A stretch of DNA of 64,000 nucleotides from Thermoplasmatota archaeon (GCA_041601615.1 JBFIHX010000001.1:32001-96000); one strand, 5' to 3'. Shown: positions 35,306 through 45,797, counted from the stretch's first letter. Program-made: numbers and translations. Notes: a model not told the origin generated them from the sequence alone.

Positions 35306-35695
35306 ATGACTCTACGTATCCTAACTCTAGAAGACTTGGCGATGGCCATTAGCAATCGTATCGGCATCCCTGAGGAGGATGCAGTCCGAGATGCGAACTT
35401 TGTCATGGACATCTTCGGTTTCGATGACCGTGTCATCGATAATGTCCTTGAACCTGAAGACCGCCAGCTCTTCTACATTCTCGAAGAAGAAGGTATGCTG
35501 ACGACGGAGCGCGAGGAGACGACGCTCTACGACGGACGCGAATGGCGCACGCACTATTGGTTGTTCAAGAAGAACCAAGTGTTTGTCATGTCTGAAGAGG
35601 AGCGCGAGATTCGCCGCCGCCGCAAGGCACGCCCCCAGGAATCGGACGTGTACAACCAGCTGCCCGACGATATGTGGGCTTCGCGTCAGATTTGA
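35306..35695 (+). CDS. Conserved Thermoplasmata protein (DUF6015-like, winged-helix-like)
   Basis: MDIFGFDDRVIDNVLEPEDRQLFYILEEEG...GREWRTHYW; GGAGG RBS; TTAAATA box upstream. Confidence 0.75.
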   Translation: MTLRILTLEDLAMAISNRIGIPEEDAVRDANFVMDIFGFDDRVIDNVLEPEDRQLFYILEEEGMLTTEREETTLYDGREWRTHYWLFKKNQVFVMSEEEREIRRRRKARPQESDVYNQLPDDMWASRQI

Positions 35696-36309
35696 GCGTA
35701 GCGAAAATCTGCTCGAAGCTGGACTGCGGTGTACTCGTACACCGAACGAGGGCTTCGCGTCAGCACCAAGGTCGCAAGGAGTCCGCACGCCCAGGCCGTT
35801 CTATGATTTGCCCGGTCGTTGCGTGATGCTCCGGGGCAACCCGCGGGAATGATTCCCTTGGGGGGCTCCAGTCTTTCTCCTCCCTTTCCCTTCCAATTTT
35901 CTTGTACGTCTCATGCCTCAAGGCCCTCCGGGTAGTGCCTGACGGTTTGTTGCGGTGCCCTTGGCACATGGTCGATCCCGGATTTGGGCTCCTCTGGATT
36001 TTGGGCTTCGTGCTCACGGGGCCAATCGGGTCTGGACTCTTTGCTTAAATGGCCACTGGACCCAATAGTGGAATGCCCGGGAGCAAAACCATGGGAACCT
36101 CGATCCAATGCAGCGGCGGGTGCGCCTCCAGACGCGGTGGGCGCATGCCAGCAGGGCGGGTGCAGGGTGCCATGGAAGGTAGTTGGCACCTTGGAAATCG
36201 TGGATTTCGGGAAAGCGGTCATGGTTTCTTGGCCTCGATCGTTCATTTGCCAGACCTCCTGGGTCCGAGGGGTTTGAAAAACGCAGTTTGTCGAGGAGAG
36301 TTTGCGTGC

Positions 36310-37481
36310 ATCGCTTGACGGGGGCACTGGTCGCCTGTGCCCTAATGATGGGTCTTTCCGGGGTAGATTCTGTGGGTGCGGCAAGGCCGAACCTGGAATT
36401 GACACCCACTACCTTGCCCGTGGATGCGGTCCCGGGCAGCTCCGGAAGTGTTTCTTTGACCCTCAAGAACGTCGGTACGCTGAGTGCAAACGGCATGACA
36501 GTCAGAGTGATCCAGGTGCAGGGGGTCATGGTCAATGACACGGCCCGTGTGCAACTTGGGTCCTTGGGCGTCGGGGACCAGAGCACAGTCACGCCGTTTA
36601 CGTTCTGGACGCCCGAAGACACCCGGCCCGGAGTATACCTAGGGACCTTTGCCCTGGATTATTACTACGAAGAACAGGGCACGACGAAGATCGGCAGCAT
36701 CACCTTCAGTGTCCCCTTCACGGTTCGGGTGCCACGCGCGTTGCATGTGGGACCCTTGGATCCATCTGAATTGGAGCCGGGCGCAGCCAAGGACCTGCAA
36801 TTGTCGCTCAGGAACACCGGCAAAACCGCCATCACCAATCTCCAAGGCTTCTGGAGCAATCCGGAGGGCGTGCTCTTGCCGCTTGGCCAGGGCACAGAGG
36901 TCTTCATTGCGCAATTGGCCGCCGGCACCACGGTCAATGCCCCGGTCGAGATTGCCGTCCCCCCGGACGCCAAGGCAGGACTTTATTCGATCACATTCAC
37001 ATTCACGTACCGAGATGTTGGTGGAGCCCAGTCATCATCCACGTCCCACTTTGCCGTGCAGGTACGAACACCTTCCGAATTGCGGGTCGCATTGGATGAA
37101 TGGGAGCTGGATGAAGTCACACTGTCCGTGAGCAACGTGGGCCTAGGCCCTGCGTCCGCCGTGGAGATCCGCATCCAGGATGGGCCTGTCGACGTGCGTC
37201 CGGCGGCGGCAGTTTTTCTTGGAAATCTTGCCCCCGGCGACCACACCACGGCGACCTTCAGCCCCGCCTCCATCAACGGCAAGGACGTTCCCCTGCACGC
37301 CATCGTATCTTACACGGACCCCGATGGCGTGCGTCATGAGACGACCCACGAAATGGACCTTGGAAGCACACCGACCGATGAAACAGAAGGTGGCACCGTG
37401 ACCCTGGTACTCATTTTGGCACTCCTTGCTGCTGTGGGGCTGGGCGCCTACTTCTACATGAGGCGACGAAAACGGAAGTGA
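36310..37481 (+). CDS. COG1361/S-layer-like Ig-fold cell-surface protein with C-terminal TM anchor (start uncertain)
   Basis: Signal peptide, repeated LxNxG...LGxL.PG domains, C-terminal TM followed by RRRKRK. Confidence 0.75.
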
Positions 37482-38224
37482 CCATGGCACTCATCGAAGT
37501 CCACGAACTCTGCAAGGGGTACGCGACGGGAGAACTTCGCACGGAGGTCCTACAAGGCATCGAATTGGAGGTCGCAGCCGGAGAATTCGTGACCTTGTAT
37601 GGCCCCAGCGGCAGCGGAAAGACCACGCTCTTGAACATCATGGCCGGAGTGGACGCCGCAGATTCTGGCTCCGTGCAAGTAGATGGACTGGAGGTCACCG
37701 CAGCAGATGAGCGCCAGCTTACGACCTACCGCAGAGACCGCGTGGGATATATCTTCCAATTCTACAACCTTATCCCCACGCTCACGGCGCACGAAAACGT
37801 CAGTCTCGCGCTGGAGCTGCGCGGCGACCGGGACGCCGGCCGCTCCCAGAAGGCATTGGATGAAGTGGGGCTTGGGGACAAGGGCCATCGATTCCCCGCC
37901 CAATTGTCCGGGGGCGAACAGCAGCGCGTGGCCATCGCCCGCGCCCTCGTCAAGGAACCACAACTCGTGGCAGGTGACGAACCCACAGGCAACCTTGATG
38001 CACACACAAGCGCCGACATCATTGAACTGTTGCACCGACTCAACCAAGAACGCGGGCTCACCATCGTTTTGGCGACACACGATCCCGAACTGGCCGGGCG
38101 CGGGGCGCGCGTCATGGAATTGCGCGACGGCCTTCTCCATGAACGACCCTATCTGTCCCCCGGCGCCTCCCCTAGCCCGACCCCCGGCGATCCAACTGGC
38201 GCTTCCCCCGTGGTGGCCCCATGA
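37478..38224 (+). CDS. ABC transporter ATP-binding protein (LolD/MacB family)
   Basis: GPSGSGKTT, FQFYNLIP, LSGGEQQRVAIARA, DEPTGNLD. Confidence 0.93.
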   Translation: MTMALIEVHELCKGYATGELRTEVLQGIELEVAAGEFVTLYGPSGSGKTTLLNIMAGVDAADSGSVQVDGLEVTAADERQLTTYRRDRVGYIFQFYNLIPTLTAHENVSLALELRGDRDAGRSQKALDEVGLGDKGHRFPAQLSGGEQQRVAIARALVKEPQLVAGDEPTGNLDAHTSADIIELLHRLNQERGLTIVLATHDPELAGRGARVMELRDGLLHERPYLSPGASPSPTPGDPTGASPVVAP

Positions 38225-40689
38225 CGAGACTGATGACCCGGAAATTGATCCGGGACTCCTGGAAGATGAAAGTCCGGATCTTTCTCCTAATCATTGTCGT
38301 GGCATCAGGAGCTGCATTGGCCACGACCCTTCAACAATCGTATCAGAACCTCCGCTCCAGCTACGACACCATGTACGAGGAGAACCGATTGGCGCATGTC
38401 TTCATCTCCCTCGATCAACCAAGGCCCATCCTGGACAATCCTGCTGCGCAATTTGGCGCCCGAGGCATCCAGGACATCGACTCCGCCATCGGTCGATTGA
38501 GCCTGGAGGCGACCATTGAAGTGGACGAGGAGACGAAAAAAGCCCTCCTTGTGGGTGTACCGAAGCACCAATGGGCATCCATCAACGACATATGCGTCCT
38601 AGCATCTGATTTTGCCACACAGGACTACGCGTGTAGTGCTGGTCAAAAAGCGCGTTCCCATGTCGCGCCGATCGGCACGGGCACAGGCGCGTTCTTGCAT
38701 GCGGGATTTGCCGAACTCCAAGACATCCGGCACGACGAAGCGATCTCGGTCACGGTCCAGAACAACGCATACGATCTTCGCGTCCACGGATTCGCGCTCA
38801 ATAGCGAATTTCTGCTTGCCACAGCAAACCCCGAACTCCTGATTCCCGAATTTGGCAGCCTCGCCGTCCTCTGGACCCCGCAAGAGACCCTCGAAGAAAT
38901 CGCTCGAGACCTAGGGTTTGGCGACCCCGATGATCCAAGCCGGGGCATCGCCAATGAGTACTTTCTGCGCATGACAAGCGGAGATGAAGCAGACAAGGCA
39001 GAGGACGCCGTGGCGCAACAGATTGCCAACCCTGGCGGATTCGCAGACCTCGGCATCCGCACGTTCATTGCACGAGAAGACACCGCAACGTACCAGCTTG
39101 CAGAAGGCGACGTGGAAGGATTCCAACAACTTACACCCATCATCACAGGCATCGTCCTCGTCATCTCCTTCGCCACGGTCAGCATCACAATGGAGCGGCT
39201 CGTAGCAAGCCAACGTCCCGCAATCGGCATCATGCGCGCACTGGGTGCATCCCAGGGAGCCATCATCCGACACTACCTCGCGTTCGCGCTTCTGGTGGGT
39301 GTCAGCGGCGCCATCCTTGGAATCATCATCGGCATACAGGGCGCCACCGCCATGAGTTCGTGGTATCGAAGCATCATCGGATTTCCCGTGCTCAGATTGG
39401 GATTCGACGTATCGGGCGCATTGCTTCTTGGCTCCATTTCGGCCGGAGCCGCAGTACTTGGAGGTGCCCGCGCCGCAGTCCACGCCGCAAACGTTCCAAT
39501 CGCATCGGCGATGCAAGAACAGGGCCACGGCCGCCCGGGCCGCTTCCTTCGCGCCTTGTCTGCCCGGTTTTCCCTCCATGGCCGATTGGCGCTTCGCAAT
39601 CTGACACGAAACCGAGGCCGGTCGTCGTTCACAGTCGCCGGCATTGCACTGAGCACCGTGTTGACGTTCAGCATGATCGGACTGTTCGACAGCATCGTCA
39701 CCATCGTAGACGAGCAATATGAGACCCGCGAGAACTGGGATGGCCAACTGAACGTGGCGCCCCCCCAGTCCAGTGCAGAGCTGCAAAAAAGCTTGCAAGG
39801 CGTCGGTTGGATCCAAGAAGTTGAACCGTTCTTGGCGTTGGCTGGAAGAATCGAAGAAATGGACGAGCCGGTCCGCCTCGTCGGTTTGGAACGAGACTCC
39901 ATGCATGCTTTCAAGGCCGTCTCCGGGCTGGACGATTTTGGCCGCGGCGCCTCCCTGCTGGCCTCCCAGATCATCGTGGGCCTGTACGAACATGACACCG
40001 GGAAATCGCTGCGCGTCGGAGACGAAGTGGACCTCATCGTGGACGGCGCCAAGCACAGAGTGCGACTTGACGGAATCGTCGAAGAGCCACTCGGATTCAC
40101 CATGTATCTACCCCTGGAGACCATCCAGGGCTATCTTCGCGCACCCTTGGCTACGGGCGCATATCTAAGCATCACCAGTGGTCGCACCGCTGAACCCGAC
40201 GATCTGGCGCAAGTGCCCGGGTTCGTGTCCTTTGCCGAGCACGACCGGATCGCCTCCATCATGGACGAAAGCTTCGAGGATTTCGTGCAGTTTGCCGCTA
40301 TTTTTGCCCTCGTGGGCGCCTTGCTCAGTGTGGTCGTCGTGCTCAATACGAGTGCCGTGAACCTACAGGAACGCACCATGGAGCATGGAACCCTCAAGGC
40401 CCTTGGACTCCAAGATCGAAGTCTCATCGCCGTACTTGCGATCGAAAACGGCGTTCTGGGCGTGCTTGCCGCCGCCCTTGGTGCCCTTCTTGGTGCCGGA
40501 GCCACGATCTTGCTTTTGTGGTCGTTCACCGAGGAGCTCAACATGACGTTGCCCTACAACATGCCGGCTGCCCATGTCTTGGCCGTCATGGCGGTCGTCG
40601 TGGCACTGACGCAGGTCACGACCTTGCTCTCGGCACGCCATCTCAAACGGCTCGATCTTGCAAGCATCGTGCAACGCCGCGGCGTCTGA
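38221..40689 (+). CDS. FtsX/MacB-like ABC permease (duplicated)
   Basis: 822 aa; IGIMRALG and GTLKALG repeats, ALRNLTRNRGRS. Confidence 0.9.
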   Translation: MTRLMTRKLIRDSWKMKVRIFLLIIVVASGAALATTLQQSYQNLRSSYDTMYEENRLAHVFISLDQPRPILDNPAAQFGARGIQDIDSAIGRLSLEATIEVDEETKKALLVGVPKHQWASINDICVLASDFATQDYACSAGQKARSHVAPIGTGTGAFLHAGFAELQDIRHDEAISVTVQNNAYDLRVHGFALNSEFLLATANPELLIPEFGSLAVLWTPQETLEEIARDLGFGDPDDPSRGIANEYFLRMTSGDEADKAEDAVAQQIANPGGFADLGIRTFIAREDTATYQLAEGDVEGFQQLTPIITGIVLVISFATVSITMERLVASQRPAIGIMRALGASQGAIIRHYLAFALLVGVSGAILGIIIGIQGATAMSSWYRSIIGFPVLRLGFDVSGALLLGSISAGAAVLGGARAAVHAANVPIASAMQEQGHGRPGRFLRALSARFSLHGRLALRNLTRNRGRSSFTVAGIALSTVLTFSMIGLFDSIVTIVDEQYETRENWDGQLNVAPPQSSAELQKSLQGVGWIQEVEPFLALAGRIEEMDEPVRLVGLERDSMHAFKAVSGLDDFGRGASLLASQIIVGLYEHDTGKSLRVGDEVDLIVDGAKHRVRLDGIVEEPLGFTMYLPLETIQGYLRAPLATGAYLSITSGRTAEPDDLAQVPGFVSFAEHDRIASIMDESFEDFVQFAAIFALVGALLSVVVVLNTSAVNLQERTMEHGTLKALGLQDRSLIAVLAIENGVLGVLAAALGALLGAGATILLLWSFTEELNMTLPYNMPAAHVLAVMAVVVALTQVTTLLSARHLKRLDLASIVQRRGV

Positions 40690-40744
40690 GTCCATTCACC
40701 CACCCCTCCCCCTGGCTTTTGACCCACAACGATCCTGCCTCATC

Positions 40745-42721
40745 GTGGCAAAACTCCCCTACGAGCCCAGACCTGGCCAGGAGCGGCTCGTGGACGCCAT
40801 CGAGCAAGTGCAGGCGCACCACGGCCACCTCGTCGTAGAGGCCGCAACAGGACTTGGAAAAACGGTCTGCGCGCTTTCTGCCACGCACACGTCGTCGTCA
40901 CTCGATGGTCGCAAACTCGTCTATCTGACGCGCACCAACAGCCAACAGGCTCAGGTTGTCAAAGAACACGCAACCTTGAGGCGAGCCGGCGCAGACCCCG
41001 GTTTGTTGATTCCCTTCATGGGTCGCAAGCACAGTTGCCCGCTGCTTCGAGACGATGTGCGGTTCCGAGACGGCACTCCGGAAGAACTGGGGCGTCTCTG
41101 CTCCGACGCCAAGAAAAAGGCACTCTCTGAACAAACCACGGGCAAGTCCGTGAAAGGTGCCTGCCCGTACTATCGAAAGCTGCTGGAGGACGGCGCTGGC
41201 CCCATCGAAGCTCTGCTTGAGAGCCACACGGGAGATGGCTCATCGTTGGCCGAAAGCGTTGCAAAAGCTGGCTCATGCGCGTACGAAGGACTCAAGCTCC
41301 TCATGCCCACCGCAAACGCGGTCGTGGTCCCTTATGTCTTCATGATCGACGACCATTTGCGCGCCACACTGCTAGGATGGATGGGCGTCTCTCCCGACAT
41401 GGTCCACTTGGTTGTCGACGAGGCGCACAACCTTCCCGAGGCGGCCCGCGCCCACCACAGCCCCCGCCTCACCCTCCACACCCTGGAACGAGCACTCAAG
41501 GAAGCCGAGGATGTCCAGGATCCACTTCTTGCCGGACGAGTTCTGTCCACGTCCTTTCTGACTCTCCTGCATCGGACCGTACGCGACCTTGTGGATGAGC
41601 ACGCAGGGGACCGAGACGACGGTTGGATGCCGGCAGATGCATTGGACGAAGCTCTGATGCTCGGAACTGCATCTCCCGGCCCCGTCCTTGACAAGATAGC
41701 CGATGACCTGGAAGATTGGGGCAATGCGATTCGCCAACGCAAACGCGACCAGGGCCGTCTCCCTCGATCGTACCTTGGCTCCGTGGGCGCCTTCCTTCGC
41801 TTTTGGCGCTCCTGCCGTGACCTCCCATACGTCCATCTTGCCGTTCGCGAACCGCGACCCTCTGTGGAGGCCTACTTGCTGGAACCAAGCAGCCGCATGT
41901 CATGGGTCCGCGAAATGGCAAGCTCCACCCACCTATCCGGCACCCTGGAGCCCCTGGACATGCACCAGCGACTCTGCGGCCTCCCAAAAGACACGGCCTC
42001 GCTGTCGCTACCAAGCCCGTTTCCTCCCGAGAATCTGCGCCTGTTCGGGGTTCTTGGCTTGCATCGGCGCCACAGCGCCCTCATAGAGGACCCCGGCATC
42101 ATTGCGCGCCAGCAAGCGGCCTGTCGAAGCCTCATTTCGCGCTGGACGGGCCGTATGGCGCTGTGGTTTCCCAGCCACAAAGTCCTGGCAGACTACCTCG
42201 AGGAGGGGCTCTTGCATGGATTGGATTGCGAAGTGTACGCAGAAGCACCCGATATGGCAACCCCCACGTTGCAAGACTTGGTGCGCCGCTTCGGTGCCTC
42301 AACGGCCCCCCGCTCCGTGCTGTGCGGTGTGCTGGGAGGTCGCCTCACCGAAGGCATCGACTACCCTGGCGATCTACTGGAACATGCAGTCATCCTAGGC
42401 GTCCCCTACCCCAGACCCAGTGCGCGGCTCCAGGCACTTATTGACCACCATGAACGAAGGGATGGCATGGGCTGGAAATTGGCGGTTCATGAACCGGTGG
42501 GGCGCGTGCTTCGCCAAGCCATTGGGCGCCTCATCCGGGGCCCCGAGGATCAAGGCACCGTGGTGGTGCTTGATGAGCGCGTTGCACGGTTTCGAGGACG
42601 GCTGGAACGCCTTCGCCTCGTGGACGACGTGCAGGAGGCAAGCGACGAAACCTACCACCTTACCCAGGGGTTCCAGGCGGCAAACACGCTACGCTCCTCT
42701 TCAAGCGGAAATTATATCTAG
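40745..42721 (+). CDS. xpd: XPD/Rad3 family Fe-S helicase
   Basis: EAATGLGKT, four Fe-S cysteines, DEAHNL, SGTL, EGIDY, QAIGRLIR; GTG start inferred. Confidence 0.92.
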   Translation: MAKLPYEPRPGQERLVDAIEQVQAHHGHLVVEAATGLGKTVCALSATHTSSSLDGRKLVYLTRTNSQQAQVVKEHATLRRAGADPGLLIPFMGRKHSCPLLRDDVRFRDGTPEELGRLCSDAKKKALSEQTTGKSVKGACPYYRKLLEDGAGPIEALLESHTGDGSSLAESVAKAGSCAYEGLKLLMPTANAVVVPYVFMIDDHLRATLLGWMGVSPDMVHLVVDEAHNLPEAARAHHSPRLTLHTLERALKEAEDVQDPLLAGRVLSTSFLTLLHRTVRDLVDEHAGDRDDGWMPADALDEALMLGTASPGPVLDKIADDLEDWGNAIRQRKRDQGRLPRSYLGSVGAFLRFWRSCRDLPYVHLAVREPRPSVEAYLLEPSSRMSWVREMASSTHLSGTLEPLDMHQRLCGLPKDTASLSLPSPFPPENLRLFGVLGLHRRHSALIEDPGIIARQQAACRSLISRWTGRMALWFPSHKVLADYLEEGLLHGLDCEVYAEAPDMATPTLQDLVRRFGASTAPRSVLCGVLGGRLTEGIDYPGDLLEHAVILGVPYPRPSARLQALIDHHERRDGMGWKLAVHEPVGRVLRQAIGRLIRGPEDQGTVVVLDERVARFRGRLERLRLVDDVQEASDETYHLTQGFQAANTLRSSSSGNYI

Positions 42722-42864
42722 ACATGGGAAGTCATCGAGACTTAGGAAGCTAGCAGGCTGGTACCTTTTGAGTGCATCCCATCCCCTCCTCGTGAGGCCA
42801 GCCTCGCTTCCTTTTATTCACCGGCTTCCCAGCGGAGCTTTTCCCGCCTAGGCGACGAGAACGA

Positions 42865-43179
42865 TTAGGCCACGTCGGGGTCTTCGATGCCCCAGCGGTG
42901 CTTCTTGGCCACGTCGTAGTTGCGGATGGCGACGTAGGTGCCCCGGGAGCTTACGGCCTGGACCTTGCCCAAGTCTTCCTGGCCAAGTTCCAGGTCTTCG
43001 AACTTGATGACGTCCTTGAGCCCTCCACGTTCGGACGGAAGGTTCATCGATAGGCTGACAACCTTGCGGCTGCCGGCGATGGGCATTCCAAGGGTCTGTA
43101 GGACCTCTAGGCTCTTGCCGGCGTCGATGTGGTCCAGAACGGACCCGTTGCGGATCGGGACGATTTTGAATTCTTTCAT
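42865..43179 (-). CDS. pyrI: Aspartate carbamoyltransferase regulatory chain, allosteric domain only
   Basis: IRNGSVLDHI, MNLPS...KDVIK, IRNYDVAKK; 104 aa with no Cys zinc domain. Confidence 0.85.
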   Translation of the reverse strand: MKEFKIVPIRNGSVLDHIDAGKSLEVLQTLGMPIAGSRKVVSLSMNLPSERGGLKDVIKFEDLELGQEDLGKVQAVSSRGTYVAIRNYDVAKKHRWGIEDPDVA

Positions 43180-44075
43180 GCGGATTCTCCTAGGATATGC
43201 GAAAGGACACTCATGCGCACGGGCACGGCGTTGCGGGCTTGTTCGAAGTACTTGGCGGAGGGAAGGCTGTCCACGTCGACGCTGATTTCGTCTACGCGGG
43301 GCAGGGGGTGCATTACGATGGCGCGGCTCTTGGTGCGTGCCAGCAAGGCTCCATCCACCACGAGGCGACCGCTGCCGTCGGCAGACTCGGATGCGGTCAT
43401 GCGTTCCTTTTGGACGCGGGTGACGTAGAGGACGTCTGAGGTCGCGGCAGCATCTTCCAATTCGATCTCGGGGACGCGTCCATTGCCCACGTCGTCGGGC
43501 AGCGAGAGACCAGGAGCCGGCACGGCTACCACTTCGGCGCCGAGACCCTGAAGGGCAGGAACCAAGCTGTGGACCGTGCGGCCGTAGCGCAAATCGCCCA
43601 TGACTGCCACTCGCCGGCCAGCCAATTCGCCCAGGTTTTGTCGCATGGTGTACAAATCCAGAAACGTTTGCGTAGGATGTTCTCCTGATCCGTCGCCGGC
43701 GTTGATGACCGGTACGTCACTGACTCGGGCTGCTCTCTCTGCGGCGCCTTTTTCTGGGTGGCGGAGCACCAAGAGGTCGCCGTAGCCGCTCAGGACCTTC
43801 ACGGTGTCCTCCAGGGATTCGCCCTTGACACTGCTTGTACTGGTGCCGTCCGCAAACCCGATGATACTGGCGCCGAGCCGGTGGGACGCAGTCTCGAAAC
43901 TGAGCCTCGTGCGCGTGCTCGGCTCAAAAAAGGCCGCCGCGACGATGCGGTCGTGAAGCTCCTGCATGCGGCCACGTGGCCGCTCGGCGTACGCGGACGC
44001 AGTATCCAGAATCGCTAGAATCTCGTCGTTGGACAAGTCCGCGATTCGAGTGAGGCTTCGACCGGCAAGCGTCAT
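43176..44075 (-). CDS. pyrB: Aspartate carbamoyltransferase catalytic chain
   Basis: FFEPSTRTRLSF, KGESLED, HPTQ, GDLRYGRTVHS, TRVQKER, MHPLPR. Confidence 0.97.
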   Translation of the reverse strand: MTLAGRSLTRIADLSNDEILAILDTASAYAERPRGRMQELHDRIVAAAFFEPSTRTRLSFETASHRLGASIIGFADGTSTSSVKGESLEDTVKVLSGYGDLLVLRHPEKGAAERAARVSDVPVINAGDGSGEHPTQTFLDLYTMRQNLGELAGRRVAVMGDLRYGRTVHSLVPALQGLGAEVVAVPAPGLSLPDDVGNGRVPEIELEDAAATSDVLYVTRVQKERMTASESADGSGRLVVDGALLARTKSRAIVMHPLPRVDEISVDVDSLPSAKYFEQARNAVPVRMSVLSHILGESA

Positions 44076-44077
44076 AG

Positions 44078-45544
44078 TCAAGCATCCAGAATGTGACTCA
44101 TCTCTTCACGGCGTCGGCTGCCAGGTCCTTGCTTGCCTTTGCTGTAGAACCGTCCGTTGAGGGACTTGAGCCAAATCGGCGTGATGAACGTCGTCAGCAT
44201 GACCACCAGAATGACTGCGGTGTACTGCCAGTTGACAATGAGGCCCGTGCTAAGGCCCAGGGCCGCAAAGATGAGGCCCACTTCGCCACGCGGCGCCATG
44301 CCGACGCCGACCACGAGGCGGCTTGCTTCGCCCTTCTTGGTGACACCCCAACCGCATGCGAGCTTGGCCAGCATCGCCACGATTGTGAGGGTAATTCCGA
44401 TGAGAACCACGCCCACGCCGTTGCCGCCCATTTGCGTCAAGTCCACGCGCATGCCGAGGGTGACGAAGAAGAAACTCACGAAGATGGCCGCGATGGGTCG
44501 CAGGTCCTCGAAGATTTTGTGCGCGTGCTTGGTCTGAGCCAGAATGAGGCCGCCTGCGAAGGCGCCCACGATGTCGGCGAGTCCGAACACTGTGGCAAGG
44601 TAGGCCATCAGGAGCGCGAATACGATTGCCATTGCGACGGGGAATCCCTTGACTTGGAATTTCTCGACGCCGAGGTCATAGAGCTGCGGAATGAAGCGCA
44701 AGCCCACGACGATGCTCACGACCAGGAAGAGAATCGCCTTGCCCGCGATGAAACCTAGTGCAAGGGCGTCGACGGTGGTGCCGCTGAGCGCTGCGGCCAC
44801 CATGGCTGCAATGATGGCGAGGATGATGAGTCCCGCGATGTCGTCGATGACTGCCGCTCCAAGGATGATCTTGGTTTCGTTGGTGTCCAACTTGCCCATG
44901 TCGCCCAGCACGCGTGCGGTGATGCCGACGCTCGTGGCCGTCAGTGTTGCGCCCACAAACAAGTGCAGCAGATGATTGCCGAGTGCGTCGTTGGCCACTT
45001 GCCAGGGTTCCCAATAATGAGATAAGCCCCAGCTGAAGCCGAATCCAACTGCGAAACTTGCCACCACTCCGATGATGGCGACGATGAGGCTGCTGACGCC
45101 CACGCGGGTCAACTCTTTCACGTCCGATTCGAGGCCGACTTCAAACAGCAGCAAAATGACGCCGATGGTGGCAAGGGCGCCCAGAATGGCAATCGCGTCG
45201 ATTTCCATGCCATGTTCTTCGATGAACTTGGCCAGAGCAGATTCCTTCTCCTGAACATCTTTTTCGGCTGCCGCCACTACGGTCGCGTTTGCATCGGAGC
45301 CCAGATGTTCCAAGGCCTCCCGGGACTCATGCAGTCCATCTTCGACGTCGTGGAACTCTGCTTCACGACCAAAGTCGGGCAGACCCACATAGCCGCCAAG
45401 CAGGCTTGCTCCTAGGAGAATTCCCACTAGCAGCTCACCAAGCACCGAGGGTTGCTTGAAGCGCTCTGCTGCCTCACCACCCAGCTTTGCGCCAAGGATG
45501 ATGATCAGGATGCTCAAGAGAATCGGCTCAGGGCCACCGGACAT
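44078..45544 (-). CDS. CPA2 family Na+/H+ antiporter (NapA-like), start uncertain
   Basis: LLFEVGLE, ATSVGIT, AAVIDD, GAFAGG, PRGEVG. Confidence 0.9.
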   Translation of the reverse strand: MSGGPEPILLSILIIILGAKLGGEAAERFKQPSVLGELLVGILLGASLLGGYVGLPDFGREAEFHDVEDGLHESREALEHLGSDANATVVAAAEKDVQEKESALAKFIEEHGMEIDAIAILGALATIGVILLLFEVGLESDVKELTRVGVSSLIVAIIGVVASFAVGFGFSWGLSHYWEPWQVANDALGNHLLHLFVGATLTATSVGITARVLGDMGKLDTNETKIILGAAVIDDIAGLIILAIIAAMVAAALSGTTVDALALGFIAGKAILFLVVSIVVGLRFIPQLYDLGVEKFQVKGFPVAMAIVFALLMAYLATVFGLADIVGAFAGGLILAQTKHAHKIFEDLRPIAAIFVSFFFVTLGMRVDLTQMGGNGVGVVLIGITLTIVAMLAKLACGWGVTKKGEASRLVVGVGMAPRGEVGLIFAALGLSTGLIVNWQYTAVILVVMLTTFITPIWLKSLNGRFYSKGKQGPGSRRREEMSHILDA

Positions 45545-45666
45545 TGTCGCGGCCGAGCCGGCCTCGTCCAAAAAGGGTGCCGCCACTCCAAGCGCCCACT
45601 GCAACCATGCAGGACGTAGCGGTTATGTACCGGATGAGGGTCGGCGACTCCGTCCCCGGACCTCGC

Positions 45667-45739
45667 GGGCTGGTAGTCTAGGGGTTATGACATCGCTTTT
45701 ACAAGGCGAGGATCGTCGGTTCAATTCCGACCCAGCCCA
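45667..45739 (+). tRNA. tRNA-Val (anticodon TAC)
   Basis: GGGCTGG/CCAGCCC acceptor stem, TCGCT-TTTACAA-GGCGA anticodon arm, GGTTCAATTCC T arm; CCA not encoded. Confidence 0.95.
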
Positions 45740-45797
45740 CTCCCACCAAAGGGACAACACTCGCCTCCGACAAAGACGAGTTCATTCGCACCCCCAT

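Noticed and set aside
42805-42835. Cobalamin riboswitch-like GGGAAGCCGGTGAA on the minus strand
   Set aside because: No downstream complementary arm or B12 box, and it lies 3' of pyrI rather than in a leader.
42750-42860. HDV-like ribozyme (contains CCTCCTCGT and a P1-like GGCTGGT/GCCAGCC pairing)
   Set aside because: P3 would have a C-A mismatch, the GG needed for P1.1 is absent, and no P2/J4-2 could be built; kept only as an unexplained repeat motif.
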